In this document: piece by piece, positions 53,513 to 64,000 of the stretch
How positions within the stretch are numbered: position 1 is the first letter of the stretch
Layout: each line of letters begins with the position of its first letter
NCBI RefSeq assembly: GCF_006345805.1
Contig: NC_043021.1
Span: forward strand, 28,024,001 to 28,088,000
Direction: 5' to 3'
Source: Octopus sinensis
Taxonomy: Eukaryota
Length of the DNA stretch: 64,000 bases
Translations under genes and position numbers: made by a program
Notes under the pieces: model-generated
The model's input: only the letters and a program-made list of their open reading frames with translations
What the model was told of the DNA's origin: nothing
Database searches by the model: none

Positions 53513-54386
53513 TCTCTTATTATAAAAGGCAGATTTTATCTGCCTTTGTTTGTCTCTTATAGAATTCTACAATATAGGATTTCTTCAATTACAATTTACC
53601 TAGCATTTTTAAGAGTAGTGCCAGGTCCAGTTTTTAAAATTTCAACCCCAATTAAGCAAAATTTAGAGAAAACTCACATTGTGGTGTGTTAGTCAAGTGT
53701 TTTTCTTAGTGTGGGCTACAGCACACGCACACACACACAAAAAAAAACGGAGCGATCTGATTCACTCACGCTATCACTCTAATTTCTCCTCCTTTCTCTT
53801 TGCAAGTGTGCAACGATTAAAGTGAAACTATTTCTATAAAACGAGAGAAGTGTACCTTAAACCACTACTAAAAAAAACAAAAAAAAAAAAACACAGCAAA
53901 CAGAAACAAATAAATACATAACGATTTACTCCTCACACAATTTCTTCAATTAGAGTTTACCTAAGATTTTTCAAAGTACTTCCATTCGGTCATGCCATAC
54001 AAAATTTCTTTCAATTTCACCCCCAATTAAGACAAAATTCGAGAAAACTCAATATTTTAACATTTCACTCCGAAAGCATTGATGTACATGTGTGCGTGCG
54101 TGAGTGTGTGTGAGTGTGTGTGTGTGTCATTCCTCACACACACGCATACACATACATATATGGCAGTGACAAACACAAACGTTTCAAACAACTACATACA
54201 AACACGTGTGTGTTTGTTATTAGTAAAAAAGGCGCCAAACACAACTCACTTCTCATTCCAACACATTTGCAAAAACACACCGACGGTCGAATTGCTATAA
54301 CAATATAGAAAAGGTAAATTGGTTTTTAATTTACTTTCTGTCGTTAAATTTTGGTAGTATTAATTGGCGAGCCGAGCTTCTTTCAG
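53513..54386 (+). mobile_element. Helitron-like element, family 2
   Basis: A|TCTCTTATTATAAAAGGCAG start; ends ggcgagccgagcttcttTCAG|T; homologous to 23930-24959. Confidence 0.55.
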
Positions 54387-54630
54387 TATATATTTATACA
54401 TACATAAATATATACACATATTCTGTATATATTTTATTATATAATATTATATATAGATATATATGTATATATAATTGCAGTATGAAACAGTGTTTAGGTA
54501 TAAACAGACGACACTTTTAAAAGAAAAACCAAATAATATTTTATTCTTTATAAATGTTGTGTTCAAAATAACATTTTCTTTTAAGAATGTGTATATAACA
54601 AAGTATGTGTATATAACTACGTGGCTTATA

Positions 54631-54927
54631 TCTTTATATATAAAAGTGAAGTTGTGTGTCTGTCTCCTACGATTTAGATTCGTAACTACTCCCACATTTT
54701 GCGGTGCAGTTTAACCAAAAGCGGGTATCTAATAGTCGTGATTCATATCGAGCCCTTCTGGGTATTAGCGCGCGTCTACGATGAGTCTACGATTTAAAAA
54801 AAGATTACCATCATATTTTTCCATTTTAATGCATTTTTTTCGCTATTATATAAGGGAAGTAACTCTCTAAAATGCTTATATAGTTATTTCCCTTACAAAC
54901 CCGAGCAACGCCGGGCGATACTGCTAG
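54631..54927 (+). mobile_element. Non-autonomous Helitron, 297 bp
   Basis: A|TC start, hairpin 54900-54915, CTAG|T end; near-identical to 3729-4124 apart from indels. Confidence 0.88.
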
Positions 54928-54979
54928 TATATGTATATATATATATATATGTATATATGTGTATATATATATATATGTA

Positions 54980-55024
<45 letters not shown>

Positions 55025-55534
55025 TAATATATATATATATATATATGTATGTATATATATATATTTGAAAAGTAAACATGAAAATGCGTTTAGGAAAGAC
55101 TTGAAATCCCTTGGATAGGCAAAAGTTAAAATGTGAGGACACAAACCGATATATTTCCGTGTCATTCGAATTGCTTGGTTGAATATGTTTTAAATCTGAG
55201 AATGCTCAATTTCCAAGATGGAGGAGATCCACGGATATTGGTTATTTTCTTTCAGCAAAGGCAGTCAGGGGAGATAATAACTATATACAAATATGCAAGG
55301 TCCCGATATATCTAATGTTGTAATCGGTAAAATAAAGATTGTCTCAGATGAAAAGGTTATTATTAATAAACACCTATTCGCTCTGGAGAATGTTTGGATT
55401 CTAAAAGAAGAGAATGAAGGTGATAACTCCCAAAAGACCATTTTCCATACGGAGATAAAACAGGAGTGAAACATTTAATGTCAGCATTAGTGTTGGGAGT
55501 ACATTCATACAAACATACATACATACATACATAC

Positions 55535-58500
55535 CAGTGGCGTGAAGTGACTTCCGGTATCGGGCATGCAATGAATTTCATTGCCACCCCACCACCCCCA
55601 CCGGCAATGTTTCAGCAAAACATTTTCGTATTCCTACGATTTACATAAAAGAGATTCTGAATATGCAATCACCCCCGTATGACCTAGAATAAACAGGGAA
55701 TAAAAAATGGCTGTGTAGAGATGAGCCTGAAATAAGTGTTTTGTTTGTATTATTCTTTGCTCTTCGAAACGTCAGTACTTTCCCATCCTCATTCTCCCTT
55801 AGAAAAGTCTAAAAATCATAAGTGAAATGTAATAAAGATGGAATTGGATTCTGTCAATATTTTTGCATATTCAGAATCTCTGTTAAAGGTAGGAATCCTA
55901 AAAAAAATTTTCACAAAAATTCGTTTTTCAAAGAGGTGCGATTCTGCATTAGCCCCTATACCTATTGGTTGAGCCGAATGAAATGATTTAATTAAAAGAA
56001 CACATTTAGTTACATTACATGTCCATGGTTTTAGATCGTTACGCTCTCGAAGACAAGTCAGGTGCTTTATCATGCTACTTGTCAATTCCGGTAAAATTAT
56101 TGACTGTTCTGAGACTTACTGAACTCCGCACATTAAAAGACTACGTCTCACGCACGCACATAGAAAATACACGCATATACATGAATACGCACACAATGAA
56201 AGACAGCGAAAATTCAACATTGTAAAAAGCCTCCCAAAACTGTTGTGGCAGAAGTCAACATCTCTGAGATTGAAACAAGACACTTATTTACGGCCGTAAA
56301 TAGACTACACCCAGCAGCACAGAAAGGGAAATCTATGTAGGTTAGGTTTGACGAAGAAATCGAAACATTTCTCCTGCGAAACAATACCGATGTAAGAAGG
56401 TCGAACCTTACGTTATAACAAACACTAAGCAAAACCTGTAATATATGCTCTTTAATATATTAATTTTTTTAATGTTTTAAAATGTTATTTACCTCATTTA
56501 TAAATTAATTCAATTCTTCGATCTTTCTGGGCAAATATATCTATCACATTTTCATAGAAATCTTCTCTTTTCATCAATTCTTGTAATAAATCTTTTTCAA
56601 TTGACATTAGTGCTAACTCAGACAGTCTTCTTTCTCCTGTCGCATTTCTTTGGTATGTTTTAATTCTGCTTAATGCAGAAAAGGATCGCTCTACAGAAGC
56701 AGTGGTAGACGGAATTGTCAAAATCAACTTGCACAGATTGAAGAGTTCTGGCATAGCTTCAACAAGATCACTGCTGTTAATGTAACTCATTAAATGACTT
56801 ACACTTGGTTTTTTAAAATCTTTCATTGAATACATCACATTGAGCTCACTTTGTAATCGTATTATATCAAAAAATCTGCCATAAGTTGTTCTTAAAGAAT
56901 CTAAAGAGTCCACAGGAAATTGTTTGCAATACTCATCAACTCTGTTGAAATTCAAAAGTTCCATGAATTTAAACTCTTCTAAGGATGAATATCGTGCTTT
57001 TATTTGGTCAACTATTGTACTGATAATTTTGTTATAAAGTATTCTATAATGTCGTTGGGGATCAATAGATATATTCTTGGATCTCTGAATTCCGATTCTT
57101 GCATCGACTCCATATTTTTCCCCTAACCTATCATAAAAGATTGAAAAATTATCAAGTTTGTTTTCGAGTACAGTTCTAGTTTTATCTATTTGCTCTTTAC
57201 AATACACTATGTCATGACTTTTACTCTGGAGTATGTTAAATAAGACGTCCGTAAAAGAAAAAATGTCACTGAATACTTCTAACAAAAATAAGAAATCAGG
57301 AGCTTTTAAATTGTGTAAGAATCCAATTGCTGAATTTATGGTGGCATCATCCCATGCTTCAGGATTTTCAATGATGTGTTCAAAAAGGCTGATTATGAAA
57401 TTATAATTTTCCTTTGTGGTAATAATAAGACGTGAGGAGTAATTCCATCTCGTTGCTGTTGCTTTCGGAAATCGTTTTTTAACAATATTATCTAATGCAT
57501 TAGCCCTTTTCGGTGATTTTGTAAAAAATATACCGAGTCTGTTTATTGTAGGAAAAAAATATCTTGCATTGTTTCATAGCAGAGCATGATTGTGAAAGAA
57601 CTAAATTTAGGATATGGGCACAACAATGAATAAAGATCGCACATTCATATTTCTTTCTTACTTTTGCTTGTAACCCATTTAGTTGTCCTGCCATTGTAGC
57701 GGCACCATCATATGTCTGTTCAATCAATTTGTTTCCACATTCCCACGTCTCAATGCATTTAAAAACATGTTCAGATAAAGCATTTGCAGATCAATCTGCA
57801 CTAACATCACTAAAACCGATAAATCGTTCTTTCGTCACACTGTTGACAGTTGTGAAGATGCTGAGACATCAGATGTCTCATCAACAAGAATAGAAACAAA
57901 CTTAGCTTGCTCAATTTCCTTCTGCACCTCATTCAACATAACTTTATGAATTGCTTCGATCAAGTCATTTTGAATTCTGTTTGACAGACCGGTGAAGATA
58001 GAAGCTGTATCTAGATGACTTTCCATTTTTTTGTCATATTTACTGATCAAATATACGAGTTCTTTATAATTTCCACGATTATTAAAACCTTCAGATTCAA
58101 AATGACCCCGAAACGATAATTCCTGGAGGCCTAAAAAATAACATCGATCAATCGTTGCAGAATGGATCTGTTTCGTCTAACTTTCTCATTATGATGTTGT
58201 ATGCTTTGATTTTTACGTGCATCTAATTGTAAGTCTATGCGAACATTCTCGAATATTTTAAGATCTATCAAACATTTTATAGCCTTTATCATCATAGCCT
58301 TTATCATTCCAAATATTTTTTTCTAAGCCAAAAAGTAAACACGGCCAACAGAATAATTTATTAAGAGCAACACTTCCAATTAACCATTTTTTCTTTTCAT
58401 ACAAATTAACCTGAAATTGTCTCGTGAATTTCTTGTTGTAGCTTCGCAAATTAGGTAAATTCGGTGTTGGTCTCCCACCATTTATAATGAATTATTTTCC

Positions 58501-59339
58501 ATCGAAGTCTCTTTTCGAAAAACTATTTCTCAAAATATCGTTTATAACACACATTTCATTCATTTCGAAAAAGGCTGCTCTTATATAAGAACCCACGTGG
58601 AAGCACCGGCGTAAATTGTAAGTCTATTTCAACAAAACGGAAAAATACCCTTAGTTAAATTAATTTAAGATTAATTAGCTATTTCTGAAATAAGAAATAT
58701 AATATAGATTATATTTTTGTTTTCTAAACACTCCAAAAATATAATAGTGCAAACGGATGTTTTGGATAAAAAAATTCAAACTTACTGCCAAGTTATTCCA
58801 ACATTTCAGCTGGCTAAGTCAAGAATTATGGGACTGCTCTTGTTCCGGTCAGAAATTTTACAGGTCAAAAGTGGAACCAGGTTAGCAACAATTCTACACT
58901 AACAAATAGAGAGAGAGGCGTGTCATGCGGTCTTCTCAAAGCATGACATGCCACAATGAATTTGTCGAATCACTGAGAGAGAAGAAGGGGGTACAAACTA
59001 TTATGAATGACCATTCCTCCTAGCATATCTTTAAACAAATCACTAAGAGAGAGAGGAAGGAGAGACAAACTAACAAAGAGAGAGAGAGGAGCGGTCATGC
59101 GGTCTTCTCAAAGCATGACACGCCACAATGAATTTATCGAGTCACTAAGAGAGACTAATACAGACAGAGAGGGAGTGTGTGTCATGCGATCTTCTCAAAG
59201 CATTTCTCAAAGCAGAAGTACGAGTCGCTGAGAGAGGGGAAGGGGAGACAAAATATTTCGAAAACAACTGGACGGATTTTCTTTAAAACAAAGAAGGCAT
59301 GCAGCGCATACCTTGCATACCTGAGAGTGCACGCCCCTG
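55535..59339 (-). mobile_element. hAT DNA transposon, 3805 bp
   Basis: TIRs CAGTGGCGTG / CAGGGGCGTG, 8-bp flank atacatac on both sides (inside an ATAC repeat), internal transposase. Confidence 0.85.
56494..58562 (-). pseudogene. hAT transposase (TTF-type Zn finger, DUF4371-like region, C-terminal dimerization domain), fragmented
   Basis: KLFCWPCLLF, SNRIQNDLI, ILVDETSDVS, QTYDGAATMAG, FIHCCAHILNLVL, PSTTASVERSFSALSRIKT. Confidence 0.9.
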
Positions 59340-59409
59340 ATACATACATACATACATACATACATACATACATACATACGTACATACGTACATACACACA
59401 CACACATAT

Positions 59410-59442
<33 letters not shown>

Positions 59443-59651
59443 CATACATACATACATACATACATACATATGCGCAGGCGTGGCTGTGTGGTAATAAGCT
59501 TGCTTCCCAACCACATGTTTCTGCGTTCAGTCCCACTGCATGGCTACTTGGTCAATGTTCTGTTCTATAACCCCAGGCCGGCTAAAGCCTTCTGAGTGGA
59601 TGTAGCAGACGGGAACTGGAAGAAGCTCGTCGTATATATACATAAATAAAT

Positions 59652-59698
<47 letters not shown>

Positions 59699-59699
<1 letters not shown>

Positions 59700-59922
59700 G
59701 CGGCGAGCTGGCAGAATCGTTAGCATGCCGGGTAAAATGCTTAGCGGTATTTCGTTTGTCGTTACGTTCCGAGTTCAAATTCCGCCGAGGTCGACTTTGC
59801 CTTTCATCCTTTCGGGGTCGATAAATTAAGTACCAGTTACGCACTGGGGTCGATGTAATCGATTTAATCTGTTTGTCTGTCCTTGTTTGTCCCCTCTGTG
59901 TTTAGCCTTTTGTGGGTAGTAA
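59699..59922 (+). mobile_element. tRNA-derived SINE (ggcggcgagctggcagaa family), intact-looking copy
   Basis: Head, gagttcaaattcc, central core and gtagtaaa tail all present. Confidence 0.8.
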
Positions 59923-60018
59923 AAAAAAAAACATGTGTGTGTGTGTGTGTGTGTGCGTGTGTGTGCGTGTGTGTGTGTGTGTGCGTGTGTGCGTGTGTGT
60001 GTATGTATATATTAAATA

Positions 60019-60349
60019 CAAAGCCAAAGCAGTGTGAAATTTCTAGGACATTTATAAAGAGAAAGGTAGTATAAAGGGAAATGTTATATATACTTCACTT
60101 TATACTATATATATGTAATATATACTTCCTAATCTATCTCTTTCCAAAATCGTCTTATATTGAACTCTACTATTTGTTTCTGCGTTCAGTCCCACTGCAT
60201 GGCTACTTGGTCAATGTTCTGTTTAATTGGTCAATTTAGTTCTCTCATATCGTCTCTGATGATGGAATATCTTTTATGTCCATGAAACAGCTGTAAGTCC
60301 ACCTTTCTCTTTATAAATGTCCTAGAAATTTCACACTGCCTTGGCTTTG
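60019..60349. repeat. 49-bp inverted repeat enclosing an HHR motif (PLE pLTR stub)
   Basis: 60019-60067 versus 60301-60349, 1 mismatch. Confidence 0.85.
60251..60299 (+). ncRNA. Hammerhead ribozyme motif
   Basis: cgtct CTGATGA tgga...tcca t GAAAC agct GTA agtcc; palindromic stem III ACAGCTGT; stem I imperfect. Confidence 0.6.
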
Positions 60350-60501
60350 TTGTCTCATTTTATTCAACACATATGCACTTACTTATGACCTGCGTTAGAC
60401 TCATCACTCATACTATTAGTGAATCGGGAGTCTAACAGCGCTCCTTCCGTAGCACTCACATAGCTTTACCTGACTTTTGGGTCTTCTGGATACCAAAACC
60501 T

Positions 60502-60589
<88 letters not shown>

Positions 60590-60971
60590 GACACACACAC
60601 GCGTGTATACGTACGTGTATATATATTTCTATGTGTGTTTCTGTGTTTGTACCCCGCCACCACTTGACAACCGTTGTTGGTGTGATTATGTCCCCATGTC
60701 CCCGTAACTTACCGGTTCGGCAAAAGAGACGGATAAAATAAGTACTAGGCTTACAAAGAATAAGTCCTGGAGTCGATTTCCTCGACCAACACCCTTTAAG
60801 ATGGTGCTCCAGCATACCCGCAGTCACATGACTGAAACAAGTAAATGAATAAAATAATATATAGAGAGAGTATATATTATTTACCAACATAACGTGACAA
60901 TCCCGTTAGGACGGATGCTACTGCCATTTAGCCCCAGGAAATATTGTCTCCAGCTGGTTATACGAAACCCT

Positions 60972-61365
60972 ATCTGTGACCTTATATTTTCGAACAAGGT
61001 AGTTTAGCAACCCTACTCAGTAGAAAACAATATCTGTGTATCGTGATTTGGGGGTTATTTCACTTCATCGGCACAGAATAACTGTTCTGCTAGAGGTGAT
61101 GCTGCTAAATTCTTCTTCGAAATATATAGTTTTCAAAGTGACATACAGTCTCTGATCTAACAAAATCAGAGATTTACAAATAGTCATTTTCTAATCTATA
61201 AGATCAGCGACTGTGTGTCACTTTGAAAACTATATATTTTGAACAAGAATTTAGCAGCGCCACCTCTAGCCGAACAGTTCTTCTGTGCTGATGAGGGGCA
61301 ATAACCCAGAAATGGGTGAATGGGGATGCTAAACTTCCTTGTTGAGAAAATATAAGGACACAGAT
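60972..61365. repeat. Diverged inverted repeat with decayed HHR in each arm (old inverted pLTR pair)
   Basis: 60972-61158 versus 61201-61365; CTGATGA at 61288; minus arm 61033-61077 keeps tctgtg/cacaga stem I and AUA triplet. Confidence 0.7.
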
Positions 61366-61950
61366 GAAATCAACTTATTTGGGTCAGATGGTATTAAGCG
61401 AGTATGGCGACGACCAGGTGAAGAGATAATAACGACAAATGGACCGTGCCTACCGTGAAACACGGCGGCGAATGTGTTATGCTTTGAGGATGCATGAGTG
61501 CAGCTGGTGTGGGAGGACTAATATTTATTGAGAGAAAAATGGATTCAAGGCTTTATTGTGACATATAGTAAAAAATAATGTTGAAAGGCATCAAGGAACT
61601 TGGAAGATGTTCCATGTTCTAACAAGATAATAATTCTAAACACGCTTTAAAGATGACGACTAAGTTTTTATCAGATGAGAAGGTAAAGGTGTTGTCTTGG
61701 CCTACCATGTCACCTGATTTAAACACCTGTGGGTGTTTTGAAAATGAAACTTGAGGAGAACCCCACCCCCGCAGTGTAACACAGTTGAAAGACATCAGTC
61801 GTCCTGAATGGTGGGCGATCTCATCGGTTATATGCTGAATTGTAATTGATTCTATGCCCAGAAGTCTTAATAAAGTCATTGAAAGCAAGGGCAGTGACAC
61901 CAAATATTGAATATAGCAAATAATCTTTTAGGGTGTACATAATTTTGTAT
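61365..61950 (+). pseudogene. Tc1 transposase 3' fragment (DD34E-type spacing in the preserved part)
   Basis: DEINLFGSDGIKRVWRRPGE, PTVKHGG, GCMSAAGVG, QDNNSKH, SWPTMSPDLN; stops and a small deletion at the E motif. Confidence 0.8.
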
Positions 61951-62970
61951 CATTTGAAAATTACTATTTCTTTCATATCTTTGAAAATGGTTGTTGCGCT
62001 GTGTTCCAAATTTGTATTTGCATAGCTGCGCCCTGGGTTCGATCTACTCTCGACTGGCCCCATCCCCAACATTTTGAGTCTTGTGCCTAAAGTAGAAAAG
62101 AATATATTTAATCCAGTATAAATTTCGTTCGATTTCCTTCGATATTATCAGAGTAATGGCAATTTTACTGAAATTTTTAGGGGTGTACATACTTCTGTTA
62201 GATACCAATGCGGACGCCGTGAATTTGAACATGAGATCATAATGGTCTGATGAGCCTAGTCTGTCACATTAGCTCGATATGGCTTGGCAGAGAGATGCAG
62301 CTTTTCATACAAGATATTTTATGTGGCTAGAAATGACTCCAATCAACTTACACACACACACACATACGCACTCATAAACACACACACACATGCATAGCAG
62401 CCTTTTTCCAAATGCACATATGCACACATTTTTTTGCTTGTTTTGATAGGTTTTCTTCTTTTTTCATTTTAATGTCAAGCTCCAAATATAGTCTGTAAAA
62501 AACAAAAAGGAAGTGAAATGGCTCGAAATAAATATTTGATAAATGCGAGATGAAAATACGAAACAACTTTATATTAATGTCATATGATTATAGAGTAAAT
62601 TTTATAGCGCTCCCCTGAAATATTAATTTGAAATAGTTTTAGCATAAGCACACTGCATCACATTTCTAGATATACATATATATATATATATAATATGTAT
62701 ACCTCCCTCTCTCTCTCACTCACTTTCTCTTACTCTCTCTCTCTCTCTCCTTCTCTCTCTATGTATGTTTGTATGTATGATTTATGGAGTTTTCTTATTA
62801 TATTTAGTAGCATAGTTCAGTGTACGCTGTCCACTTAAGTGACATCGGCTCTATGGCGTTAATCGTTCACCTTCGCCTCACCTCCATTCACTTCCCCTGT
62901 ATTTATAGAGACACAAGCCCACGCACATGGACATACGCTAACTGATAAATATAGATATATGTGCAAGTAG

Positions 62971-63003
<33 letters not shown>

Positions 63004-63176
63004 ACACACACACACGTTTGTATACGTTTATATAATGTGTGCATACATATATACACATTATCTCAATATATTTATATGTATATATATGTATATGTGTGTG
63101 TGTATAAATGTATATATATACATATATGTATACATACATACATTTATATATATATGCATGTGTATATATACATATG

Positions 63177-63207
<31 letters not shown>

Positions 63208-63212
63208 ATGTT

Positions 63213-63249
<37 letters not shown>

Positions 63250-64000
63250 TTATACCTATATATTTCTCTGTGTGTTTGTAGTTATATATATATATATATA
63301 TATATTATGTGTGTATATATTCATGTGGGTGTTAATATTCTGTGTGTGTATGTGTGTGTGTGTGTGTGTGCGCGCGCGCGCGTGTGTGTGAATATGTGAT
63401 ACAACTTGGTGAGACGCTATATAAAACCAAAATGGAGGCGAAAACGGAAGTTTGGACAGTTAAGAGATAAAGACAATGCAATTGACGGCGATGAGTTTAT
63501 TAAATACACAAACTGAAACCATCCGAATTTAACATTGAAGTCAGCCAGCATTAAAAGAGCCATGGAGGGGAATACATTAAAAAAACGAACATTGTTTCTT
63601 TTTTTATTCGGTACAATCGAGTAATAATGAAAGTCGTTAGGGTGGCGGTGGTGGTTGCCTTCGTCTTCATACTGTTGTTAGTTTGATGAAGTAGATTGGA
63701 CGGTAAATAAAGTTAATTTGGTATCTGTTGGTGTTGTGCAATGTCAGTGTTGATACAATGGTGGCGTTGGATGTTGGTGGTAAGTTTGCTGGCATTAATT
63801 GTAGCGGTTTTATTGGTAAAAAAAAGACAAAGAAGGCATCATTGTTTTATGAACTGGAAACGAGGTTTTTATGCAGATGTCTTTCAAATAATTATAGCGG
63901 TGTTGTTGATGGTAGAAGACAAATTGTAGTGGCTGTTGTTATAGTATTCGTTGTAGTACTAGATATGTATCGTTAATACTCGTTGAAATAATTACCAGTC

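Noticed and set aside
62240-62340. CTGATGA with a distant GAAA
   Set aside because: No convincing stems or NUH site.

Overview
AT-rich, microsatellite-saturated eukaryotic DNA with no supportable host protein-coding gene. The SINE families and repeat landscape resemble an Octopus genome (inference from recognition of the repeats, not from a search). Nearly all ORF-track entries are translations of simple repeats. The real coding remnants all come from transposons: a near-full-length Penelope-like element (PLE; RT + GIY-YIG), a CR1-type LINE, an R4/Dong-type RLE LINE, an RTE 3' end, two mariner relics, a full-length Tc1-like element with DD36E spacing, a DD34E-type Tc1 fragment and a 3.8-kb hAT element. 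There are also non-autonomous Helitrons and many tRNA-derived SINEs. The main signal the ORF track misses is a set of about a dozen type I hammerhead ribozyme (HHR) motifs from several unrelated PLE-like families. Two stand out: (i) a 2.4-copy tandem array of a 475-476 nt non-coding unit with one HHR per unit (33630-34768; candidate retrozyme/circular RNA or tandem pLTR), and (ii) a 726-bp inverted repeat with identical 348-bp arms, each carrying an intact-looking HHR (7820-8545). All alignments and RNA pairings were done by eye; no folding or database search was run.
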